Source: Pseudomonadota bacterium (GTDB lineage: Bacteria; Pseudomonadota; Gammaproteobacteria; Pseudomonadales; UBA5862). Taken from it: 64,000 bases of DNA. The stretch's first letter is position 1. Every line of letters starts with the position of its first letter. Shown here piece by piece: positions 29,950 to 38,013 of this stretch. A program made the translations under genes and the position numbers. Location: NCBI GenBank assembly GCA_034189125.1, contig JAXHVB010000018.1:775-64774 (forward strand), written 5' to 3'. Below the pieces are notes generated by a model. That model saw only the letters and a list, made by a program, of their open reading frames with translations. It searched no databases and was not told where the DNA came from.

Positions 29950-31115
29950 GTGCATGGATGGTTGCCGTGGGCGGGCTGGTGCTCTGGGGGCTGCTGCTGG
30001 TGGCTGGCCTGCTGCGCCACCGCCGTGTGCTGCTCAATTTGTGGCGCGAGCCGGTGCTTCGAGTCCCGGTGTTGGCGTTCGAGAGCGATGACTGGAGCCC
30101 GCAGCCGCAGTCGCAGGCCGGTGCGCTCAGGGCCCTGAGCGAGGTGCTCGCACGCCACCGCGACGTCGATGGCAATCCTGGCCTCATGACCTTGGGGCTG
30201 GTGTCGACTTCCCCGCAGCTGGAACCCACCGGGGCGGTCCAGTGGATTGACTGGTCCGATCCACAGGTCGCCTCCACCCGCAGCGCGGTCCTGGAGGGGG
30301 TGGAAGCGGGCATTTTTGCGCTGCAGCTGCATGGCGCAGCCCATTGCTGGGAGCCCGCCTTTGAGGCTTGGGCGGCCGGTCAAGCGAGCGCCGAAGGGCT
30401 GTCACCGCTCAACGAGGTGCTTCCCGATGCCCTGCAAAGCCGGTGGTGGGATCCGTATGCGGACCCACCGGCGCCGGTGGGCCCGCGGAGCGCCGAAGCC
30501 GCGGCCCATGCAGAGGCGCTTGGCTTTCAATCCCATTGGGGTGCGGTGCCCGCTGTTGCAGTCCCACCCACGTTTTTGTGGAGCCATGCGGTGGAGCAAG
30601 GCTGGCGCCGTGGCGGGGTTCGCTGGGTGGTGACGCCAGGTGCCCGCTTCGCCGGGCGGGATCGGTCTGGGCGAATGCAGCCTGCGGAGTCGGGCCTATG
30701 CAATGGCGTTCGCTCGGTCACTGGCCTGCGCTATCTGGTTCGCGATTCGTACTACGAACCCTGGAAAGGCCACGCGCCTGAGGTGGCGCTTGCAGCGCTG
30801 GCGCGACAAACCCGATTGGGGCGTCCCACCTTTTTGGAAATCCACCGCTGCAACTTCATTCCCGACCAGGGATGCGCTGACGACGCGCTGACCGGCACCG
30901 AAGCCGTGTTGCGCCTGGCGCTGGAGCAGCGTCCCAGCCTGCGCTTCATGTCGCCGCAGGAGCTGGGGGAGCGCTTGGAGCACCGGCGCAGCGATGACCT
31001 GTTCGAGCGGGGCCTCGTGCGGGTCCGCATGTGGCTGCGGCGCTGCGGGGTTGCCCCTGCGCTGTCGCGCTGGCTCAAAGCCACTGGACTTTGGCCGCTG
31101 GTGAAGCTGGCATGA
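29946..31115 (+). CDS. membrane-anchored hypothetical protein (possible divergent deacetylase-like fold)
   Basis: 389 aa with an N-terminal TM helix (MVAVGGLVLWGLLLVAGLL). 'VLAFESDDW' and 'LQLHGAAHCWE' are reminiscent of the NodB Asp-Asp and His-x-x-x-His motifs, but no family is recognised with confidence. It is translationally coupled on both sides (ATGA). Confidence 0.5.
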   Translation: MSAWMVAVGGLVLWGLLLVAGLLRHRRVLLNLWREPVLRVPVLAFESDDWSPQPQSQAGALRALSEVLARHRDVDGNPGLMTLGLVSTSPQLEPTGAVQWIDWSDPQVASTRSAVLEGVEAGIFALQLHGAAHCWEPAFEAWAAGQASAEGLSPLNEVLPDALQSRWWDPYADPPAPVGPRSAEAAAHAEALGFQSHWGAVPAVAVPPTFLWSHAVEQGWRRGGVRWVVTPGARFAGRDRSGRMQPAESGLCNGVRSVTGLRYLVRDSYYEPWKGHAPEVALAALARQTRLGRPTFLEIHRCNFIPDQGCADDALTGTEAVLRLALEQRPSLRFMSPQELGERLEHRRSDDLFERGLVRVRMWLRRCGVAPALSRWLKATGLWPLVKLA

Positions 31116-32071
31116 GTGCCCCGGCGCCGAAGTTTTCCATTGTGATCCCGGTCTACAACGGCGCCGAAACCTTGGCGCGGGCAGTCGATTCGGTTCTGGC
31201 GCAGACCCATCCAGCCCACGAAATCCTGATTGTGGACGACGGCTCCACCGACAGCACGGCACAGATTGCCGGCCGGTATGACGCGCCGGTGCGCTATGTT
31301 CACCAGCCGAACCAAGGGGTCTCCGCGGCGCGCAACCTGGGCGCACGCGAGGCCGTTGGGGATTGGCTGGCCTTTCTGGACGCGGACGACCACTACTACC
31401 CGAATCGGCTGCAGGTGCACGCCCAGATGCTCGCCGAGGTGCCCGACCTTGACCTGATGACGGCAGATTTCGACTACCTGGACCTGCAAGGCCAGGTTCT
31501 CGGACGTTCGCTGACGGCGAACCCACTGGGTCGGTCCCTGTTGGCGCGAGCCACTGGGTCTTCACTGGTGGTGGACGCGCCCACTGAGCTGGCGCAGTTC
31601 GTGGCCCAGCACTTTGGGGACACCCACACGCTGAGTGTGCGCCGCGCGCGTTTTCTGGAGGCCGGCGGCTATCCGCTTGGGTTCCCGGTGTGCGAAGACG
31701 TACACCTTCTGGTGCGTTTGACCGTGGCAGCGTCCCGCATCGGCGTGTGGCTCGAGCCTGTGGCTGCGTATGTGGTCCATGCAGGCAGCGCCACCCGCAA
31801 AGACCCGGTCCGGGCGCAGCGTGAAACGGTCCGCGCGCTCAGTGATCTGCGGATCCGGATCGCGGCTCCGTCTTGGGCCCGGCGCGGGGTGGCCGAGGGC
31901 CTGCGCCAGGCCCGCTTCGACTGGGCCGTGGCGTTGCTGCGCACTGGGAGGCGCGGCGAGGCGGTGGCGGCGATGGCACCGGCCGTCTGGGGATGTCCAG
32001 GCTGGACCAGCTGGCGCAATCTCGCAGCCGTGGTGCGCACTGCGCTCACCCCGAATGGCCAGCCGACATGA
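31112..32071 (+). CDS. glycosyltransferase family 2
   Basis: 'FSIVIPVYNGAETLARAVDSVLAQT', 'ILIVDDGSTD' and 'FLDADD' (DxD). The internal ATG at 31112 overlaps the previous stop. Confidence 0.85.
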   Translation: MSAPAPKFSIVIPVYNGAETLARAVDSVLAQTHPAHEILIVDDGSTDSTAQIAGRYDAPVRYVHQPNQGVSAARNLGAREAVGDWLAFLDADDHYYPNRLQVHAQMLAEVPDLDLMTADFDYLDLQGQVLGRSLTANPLGRSLLARATGSSLVVDAPTELAQFVAQHFGDTHTLSVRRARFLEAGGYPLGFPVCEDVHLLVRLTVAASRIGVWLEPVAAYVVHAGSATRKDPVRAQRETVRALSDLRIRIAAPSWARRGVAEGLRQARFDWAVALLRTGRRGEAVAAMAPAVWGCPGWTSWRNLAAVVRTALTPNGQPT

Positions 32072-33288
32072 GTGGCTCACCGAAGCGATCGGAGGCCACG
32101 GGGCCTGTGGTGCCCATGTTGATGTTGACTGAACTGTTCTTGCCCACCAAGGGTGGCACTGCGGTTTGGTTCGACGAGGTCTGCCGTCGACTCGGAGACA
32201 AAGAGGTGCAGGTGGTCACGGCGCAAGTCCCCGGCGCAACCGGCCATGACCGCAACCACCCCAACCGAATTCGGCGAGTGCAGCTCGGCCGTCACCCCTG
32301 GCTTCGTCCTGAAAGTCTGCAGATGTACTGGCGCTTGTTCGCCGAAGGGTGGAAGGCGAGCGCCCGGGGGCAGGTGCGGGTGGTGCACGCGGGGCGAGGC
32401 TTGCCCGAGGGGCTCGTCGGCCTGGTGATCGCCCGGGCACGGCGGGTGCCCTTGATTGTGTACGCCCACGGCGAAGAGATCACCACCTGGACCCAGCCCC
32501 TGAAGGCCCGTTTCTTGCGCGAGGTCTACCGTCGGGCACAGGCCGTGGTCGCGAACAGCCGCTTCACCTTGGGCGCGCTTGAGGGGCTTGGTGTCGATCC
32601 CGAACGGATTCATCTTGTGTTTCCCGGGGTGGATCTTGCGCGCTTTCATCCCGGGCTTGCGGCGAGCGACTTGCGTGCCCAGGTGGACTGCGCTGGCGGC
32701 CGCAAGCTGGTGCTTTCGGTTGGCCGTCTGAGCCGGCGCAAAGGCTTTGATCGCGTGATTGAAGCCCTGCCGGGCCTTCAGCGCGCTGGGATCGATGTCG
32801 CCCATGCGATCATCGGCATTGGCGAGGAGGAGCCCCACCTGCGTGCGCTGGCGAACCGGCTCGGGGTTGCGGACCGGGTGTTCTTTCTGGGACAGGTCGC
32901 GGCCGATGACCTGCCCCGTTGGTACAATGCGGCGGATGTGTTCGCCATGCCGAACCGGGACGTGGATGGAGACACCGAGGGGTTTGGAATGGTCTACATT
33001 GAGGCCGCTGCCTGTGGGCGGACGAGTCTGGCAGGTTTGGCTGGTGGAACCGGTGACGCGGTCTTGGATGGGGAGACCGGCCTGCGGGTTGAGGGTGCCT
33101 CCAGCGACGCAGTCGAGGCGGCGCTCCGGCGTTTGCTGGCCGATGACTCCCTGAGAGACCGGTTGGCGACCCGGGCGCTGGCGCGCGCCCGCCAAGAGAT
33201 GGGTTGGGATCGGGTCACTGCCCAAACACGGGCGCTGCATGGCAAACTCGGCCTGGATGCCCAAGGAGCGACAGGAGAATGTGTATGA
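32068..33288 (+). CDS. glycosyltransferase family 4
   Basis: 'EGFGMVYIEAAACGRTSLAGLAGGTGDAV' and 'GRLSRRKGFD'. The ATG at 32068 overlaps the previous stop. Confidence 0.85.
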   Translation: MSGSPKRSEATGPVVPMLMLTELFLPTKGGTAVWFDEVCRRLGDKEVQVVTAQVPGATGHDRNHPNRIRRVQLGRHPWLRPESLQMYWRLFAEGWKASARGQVRVVHAGRGLPEGLVGLVIARARRVPLIVYAHGEEITTWTQPLKARFLREVYRRAQAVVANSRFTLGALEGLGVDPERIHLVFPGVDLARFHPGLAASDLRAQVDCAGGRKLVLSVGRLSRRKGFDRVIEALPGLQRAGIDVAHAIIGIGEEEPHLRALANRLGVADRVFFLGQVAADDLPRWYNAADVFAMPNRDVDGDTEGFGMVYIEAAACGRTSLAGLAGGTGDAVLDGETGLRVEGASSDAVEAALRRLLADDSLRDRLATRALARARQEMGWDRVTAQTRALHGKLGLDAQGATGECV

Positions 33289-33896
33289 TCGATCGGGTGG
33301 ACGCAGTGGCCAGGGCCCAGAGGGCGTGGCAGAAGGTGACACGCGGGCTCTGTGTGTTGCTGGCGATGGGTGCTTCGGGTGGGGCGCTGGGGGCCGAAGG
33401 CTTTGCCAAAACACCGCAGGAGGAAGCCATGTGCAACGCGGCGATTTATCGCGGGCGGGACACCAGCGACCGCAACAACTGGCAGCACATGCACCACTAC
33501 TGCGATTGTCTGCGCTTTGCCCGCCGCGCCATGACCCAACCCGCCGCCTCCTCGGCACGCAGCCACAACATCAGCCGTGCCCTGGATGGCTGCGACTATG
33601 TGCTGGACCACACCAGTTCAGGCTTCTACATGCAGCCGGCCGTACGGGCTTCACGGGCCTACGTGTTGATGCTGGACAAGCGCTACCGCGACGCGGTGGC
33701 GGAGTACGAGCGGGCACTGCGGCAGGATCCGAATTACCTCAAGGCCTACATGGGGTTGTTCGACGCCTGGTCTGCAGCCGGTGACCTGCAGTCGGCCCGC
33801 AAGGCCGCCGAGCGGGGGCTTGCCATTTCCCCCAACTCCAAGGCACTGCAGCGGCGTCTGCGCAAGGTCACCCAAGAAGGTGAGGCGGACGGCTAG
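33285..33896 (+). CDS. small secreted Cys-containing TPR-like protein
   Basis: Signal-like 'LCVLLAMGASGGALGAEG'. The C-terminal half is TPR-like ('AVAEYERALRQDPNYLKAYMGLFDAWSAAGDLQSARKAAERGLAISPNS'). The mature part contains five Cys. It is the last gene of the plus-strand operon. Confidence 0.5.
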   Translation: MIDRVDAVARAQRAWQKVTRGLCVLLAMGASGGALGAEGFAKTPQEEAMCNAAIYRGRDTSDRNNWQHMHHYCDCLRFARRAMTQPAASSARSHNISRALDGCDYVLDHTSSGFYMQPAVRASRAYVLMLDKRYRDAVAEYERALRQDPNYLKAYMGLFDAWSAAGDLQSARKAAERGLAISPNSKALQRRLRKVTQEGEADG

Positions 33897-36800
33897 CGCG
33901 CCTTGGACGCTGCAGTCCGCTGGGATGCCTTGGCAGCGTCGCTGACTGCGGGGGTCATCACTGGGTCCTGCGCGAGCCACTGTTCCAGTTCGGCAATCAG
34001 GCCTGCGCCCACCTTGGGGTGTTGGTCGAGCACATCGAACTTGCAGCCGGGGTCGGTGCGCAGATCAAATAGCAGGTACATTGGGCCGGCCTCAAGCGGC
34101 TGGTAGACCAGTTTCCATCCGTCCCGACACAGCATCCGGTCCTTGGCCCGCACGATGTCGGCTTGGTGTTCGGCCTTGATGCTGAGGGTTCCGGTTTCCT
34201 TGTCAGACACCTCCAGCAGATCGAGCAACTGTGGGTAGCGCAGGTGTCCCGGCGGAGTGCCCGGGAGGTCGGTCAGCCAGATGCCGGTCTCATTGATCGC
34301 CGGGCGAACCTCCGTGAAGCTGTGGCTGTTCCACCACGGCAGGACCGATGCGCCATCCACCGACTGCGGCACCGGCAGTTCGAGCAGTTCCAGCAAGGTG
34401 GGCATCAAGTCGATGCTCCGCACCAGATCGGTGACTCGCCCCCGGCCGGCGCGGCGCGGATCGGCAATCACCAGGGGCACCCGCGGACTGGCATCGCCCC
34501 TGGCTGAATTCCCCTGTCCCCAGGTGTCGTGTTCAAAGAACTCCATGCCGTGGTCGCTGTAGATGACCACAATGGTGTTGTCGGCCATGCCGCGGGCCGA
34601 GAGGTCGTCCAGTACCTTGCCCACTTCGTCGTCGAATTCCGCGACGCAGCTGTCGTACAGGTTCAGTACTTGGTCCAGATCAAACTCCTCGCGGGCCTCT
34701 CCCTGGCGCTCGATGATGTCAAATGGGTCGGTGAGCCGTGCCATGGCGAAGCGCGATTCACCTGCATAGTCGGGGGAGGTAAACCGTGTGTAGTAGGGGT
34801 GGCGGGCGCCGAACGGCGGATGGGTGGTGGAGAAAAACGTGTTGAGGAAAAACGGTTTGTTGGACTTTCCCAGCGCGTTCAGCGCCGCCCGAGTCCGCTG
34901 ACCAAGCAGGTCCGTGGTGGGGATGCCGCCCAGAAAGTGCAGCTCGGGTAGCAGCTGGCGGCCCGCGCAACCCTGGGAAAACAGCGAGAGAAACAGCCGC
35001 AGGTCCCGAGGTCCCTGGCGAATGAGGTACTTTAGGTTCCACTGGTCATCCGGCAAATCCAGCTGCTCGAAACCAAAGCTGAACTTGCCGAAATCGGCCC
35101 CGCACCAGTCGGAGACGACCGCAGTCTGGTAGCCTGCGTCCCTCAGAATCGTGGCCAAATCGGCGGACTTGATTTGCACCTCGGCGTCCGAGACAAAGTT
35201 GTCGCGCACACCGTGGTGGTGCGGCCAGGTGCCGGTAAAGAGTGACAGCAGACTCGGCGCTGTGCGGGCACAGGGCACGTAGCAGTTGGTGAAGCCGATC
35301 CCGCCGGCGATCAACGCATCGATTCTTGGGGTGAGCGAGGCGCCATTGCGCTGGGCACCGATGCGGTCGGCGCGCAGCGTGTCGGATCCCAGCATCAGGA
35401 GGTTTGGAGGTGACTTGTGCGCACGGCCTCTGCGGGGTCCTAGCCGGGGTCCGCGGGTGTCAGGCAACAGCCAATCCAGGCCACCGGCAAGCACCAGCAT
35501 CGCGCCTGCTAGCGTTGCCATGGCCGGCCAGTTGCCAGCGGCGGCGGCGTCAGCGAGCGCGAGCACCATGGGCGCACAGGCGCCGGCCACAAGGGCGCTG
35601 CCGAACACAGACAGCCGCCCCGGCGTCAGTTGCTTCCACAGGGGGTAGAGCCGACTCCAGCGGTAGCTGATTGAAGCCACCAGGGCCGCCGGCTGGTGCA
35701 GCAACATCGAACAGAACCGCCAGGAACAGGTGCCTGCGATGGCCGCAAGCGGAGCGAGCCAGGGGCCCCAAGCCAAGGATTCTGCGGTGGGAAACACCTG
35801 GACGAGCGCCCACCAGGAGACGGCGCCGATGCTGGCAAGGAACGCGATCAGCAGCCAACTCCAGGCTGCCAGGCGCGCCACGGCAAAGACCGTGTAGCGG
35901 CGATAGTGATTGAGGATTTCCTCGCGAATTTGGGGGCCCGTCTGGCTGAAGTGCAGGACCGACTTCACTGTCAGGGCCGCGGTGAACAAGGTTGCAAGCC
36001 CTGCGGCTGGACCAAGCGTTGGGGCCAGGGTGTTCGCATCCTGGTTGGTGAACCAACCGATGGCATACAGGAGGGCACCCGACGCGGCGAGCCCAGCAGG
36101 GCGCCGTGGCCGTGGCCAAAACTGCCTGCGGCGGTGGCTGCGGTTGTGGTCCTGCCGGGCAGCGACCACGCCTGCACACTCCCCCAGCGTGGCCGCCAAC
36201 CGCATCGCATAGAAGTGGCGCTTGTGTGGATTGAAAGTGAACAGCGCGCGCGCCAAGTGGGCGATGAGCAGGCGCCAGACGTACAGCGGAATTTTTCGCC
36301 GCTGGGTGTGAATGCGCATGCTCGCTTTCGAGCGGTGGTAGCTTTTTTTCAGTAGGTAGCTGCGCTTGAGCCGGTCGTGTTCGACGTGGTGACGCTGGCG
36401 CATGCCGGCCAGGTAGTACAGCCGTTCGCCGTGGTGCAGCGCCCGCGCTAGGAATTCGCTGTCTTCCCCGCCTCCGAGGTCGTGACCTCGGGGTCCAAGC
36501 TCCAGGGAATAGCCGCCGATCTCTGCAAAGATGCGGGTCTGGAGCACGAGGTTACCGCCACTCGGACGCGCGTCGCCTTCGCGCAGCCGGTGGTCCTGGT
36601 CTCCGAGATCAAACTGTGGCACCGGCAGTGGATAGATGCGGTACTTGCCTTGCTCGTGCACCCAATCGGGCTCGGTGCCATCCCAGTCAGGCAGCAGGCG
36701 GCCACAGAACATGCTCGCCGTCGGGTGTTGGTCGATGCCGGTGGCGATGGCTGTGAAAAAATTTGGGTCGACGCGCTGGTCATCGTCCACGATGGTGGCC

Positions 36801-37069
36801 CAGCGGGTTTGCAGCGCACCAATGGCGCGGTTGAGTGCCGCCGACTTTCCGGGCGTGGGTTCGGCGATCCACTCCAGCGGGACGTGTTCTTGCGATGGGT
36901 CGTGTTTGAAGCCATCGAGCAGAGCGTGGGTGTCATCCGTGCAGGCGTTGGCGATGACGAGAAGCCGGACCCCAGGCACCTGTTTGGCCTGGTTGAGTGC
37001 CCCGAGGGCGCGCCGCAGCAGGGCGGAGCGATTGTGGGTACAGATGACAACGGTCAGTGGCAACTCCAT
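33893..37069 (-). CDS. three-domain fusion: GT2 glycosyltransferase / polytopic membrane region / sulfatase-like (alkaline-phosphatase superfamily) domain
   Basis: 1058 aa. Residues 1-250 are GT2 ('LTVVICTHNRSALL', 'IVDDDQ'). Residues ~325-535 are hydrophobic helices. Residues ~555-900 are sulfatase-like ('LLMLGSDTLRAD', 'CARTAPSLLSLFTG', 'VVIYSDHGMEF'). Confidence 0.8.
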   Translation of the reverse strand: MELPLTVVICTHNRSALLRRALGALNQAKQVPGVRLLVIANACTDDTHALLDGFKHDPSQEHVPLEWIAEPTPGKSAALNRAIGALQTRWATIVDDDQRVDPNFFTAIATGIDQHPTASMFCGRLLPDWDGTEPDWVHEQGKYRIYPLPVPQFDLGDQDHRLREGDARPSGGNLVLQTRIFAEIGGYSLELGPRGHDLGGGEDSEFLARALHHGERLYYLAGMRQRHHVEHDRLKRSYLLKKSYHRSKASMRIHTQRRKIPLYVWRLLIAHLARALFTFNPHKRHFYAMRLAATLGECAGVVAARQDHNRSHRRRQFWPRPRRPAGLAASGALLYAIGWFTNQDANTLAPTLGPAAGLATLFTAALTVKSVLHFSQTGPQIREEILNHYRRYTVFAVARLAAWSWLLIAFLASIGAVSWWALVQVFPTAESLAWGPWLAPLAAIAGTCSWRFCSMLLHQPAALVASISYRWSRLYPLWKQLTPGRLSVFGSALVAGACAPMVLALADAAAAGNWPAMATLAGAMLVLAGGLDWLLPDTRGPRLGPRRGRAHKSPPNLLMLGSDTLRADRIGAQRNGASLTPRIDALIAGGIGFTNCYVPCARTAPSLLSLFTGTWPHHHGVRDNFVSDAEVQIKSADLATILRDAGYQTAVVSDWCGADFGKFSFGFEQLDLPDDQWNLKYLIRQGPRDLRLFLSLFSQGCAGRQLLPELHFLGGIPTTDLLGQRTRAALNALGKSNKPFFLNTFFSTTHPPFGARHPYYTRFTSPDYAGESRFAMARLTDPFDIIERQGEAREEFDLDQVLNLYDSCVAEFDDEVGKVLDDLSARGMADNTIVVIYSDHGMEFFEHDTWGQGNSARGDASPRVPLVIADPRRAGRGRVTDLVRSIDLMPTLLELLELPVPQSVDGASVLPWWNSHSFTEVRPAINETGIWLTDLPGTPPGHLRYPQLLDLLEVSDKETGTLSIKAEHQADIVRAKDRMLCRDGWKLVYQPLEAGPMYLLFDLRTDPGCKFDVLDQHPKVGAGLIAELEQWLAQDPVMTPAVSDAAKASQRTAASKAR

Positions 37070-37076
37070 GGCCGGC

Positions 37077-38000
37077 CTACTGAGTCGGGGGAAGCGTCAG
37101 ACCGTGGCGCCGAATGGCGCCCAGCCATTCTTCCACCAGGCCGTCCTCAGTCCGCATGTCCCAAGGGTAGCCCGTGCGTTTGAACGGGTAGACGCCCGCC
37201 TCGACCGCACGGATCAACAGCGGCAGGTGCTCGACATAGGCTGCGTCGTGCTTCCAGGGGTGGATGGACCAGCTGTCGGTGCCAGTGGAGGTCCAGCGTC
37301 CCAAACCGCGCTCGCCCAAAGTGTGACTGATGCTGTCCTCAAGGGGCTCGCCGGGTTTGTGTTGCACCAGCGGCAGCAGCCGGTCTCGCCAACGGGCCTT
37401 GTGCAGGAGGAAGTAGCGGGTGCTCATGGTGGTGCAACGTTTCCATCCTTGGGGGCTTGTCTTGAGCGGGCGGTCAAGCAGGCGTTCCAGCCAGTTCCCG
37501 GCAATGGGTGGTCCGCCGCGCACAGTGACCATGGCGGCATCCGGGGTGCGTTCCATGAACTCGATGCCCGCCTCGATCCAGCACCAGTCGCTGCCACGGT
37601 GAAACAACATGTCGGAGTCGATGTGCAGGATGTAATCGCCCTGGCAACGGTCCAGGGCGTACAGGTACTGGTAGATCGGTGCACCGGAAAAATCGCGCAG
37701 GTCCATGTCGGCGGTCGCGAAATGCGTGGTCAGGATGCGGTGCTGTTCAGCCTCGCCCCAGGGGATCTCGTCGCAGCGATCAATCCAGCCTTCGGACTGC
37801 AACGCGCTCAGCAGGGTCTGCATGCCTTCGAGGTTGCCGCGGTTGCGCTCCAGGTACTTGCCGTCTGGCCGGCCGGGATCGAAGGCGACCAGCCGTTCCA
37901 CGAACGGGTAGTCGAAGGTGCGCAACACATGGCGCAAGGTGGGCCCGAAGAAATCCTGGTCGGTGACACAGGCGTTGACGGTGAAGCTGACCGTTGCCAT
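37077..38000 (-). CDS. hypothetical protein, possible GT-A-like glycosyltransferase
   Basis: 307 aa with uniform coding character and a single DxD-like 'ILHIDSDMLF'. I recognise no family. Confidence 0.5.
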   Translation of the reverse strand: MATVSFTVNACVTDQDFFGPTLRHVLRTFDYPFVERLVAFDPGRPDGKYLERNRGNLEGMQTLLSALQSEGWIDRCDEIPWGEAEQHRILTTHFATADMDLRDFSGAPIYQYLYALDRCQGDYILHIDSDMLFHRGSDWCWIEAGIEFMERTPDAAMVTVRGGPPIAGNWLERLLDRPLKTSPQGWKRCTTMSTRYFLLHKARWRDRLLPLVQHKPGEPLEDSISHTLGERGLGRWTSTGTDSWSIHPWKHDAAYVEHLPLLIRAVEAGVYPFKRTGYPWDMRTEDGLVEEWLGAIRRHGLTLPPTQ

Positions 38001-38013
38001 TGGGTATCAATCC

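Noticed and set aside
27778-29955. 725-aa ORF antisense to the O-antigen-ligase-like and sulfotransferase genes
   Set aside because: It is a shadow ORF with low-complexity R/Q/H/P/G-rich translation. The plus-strand frames give a coherent polytopic membrane protein and PAPS-binding motifs.
35261-35407. Annotating the C-terminal domain of the fusion protein as a true (formylglycine) sulfatase
   Set aside because: The CxPxR or SxPxR maturation motif is absent. The aligned nucleophile position is Thr603 and the Arg position is Leu, so a desulfating role is not supported by the sequence.
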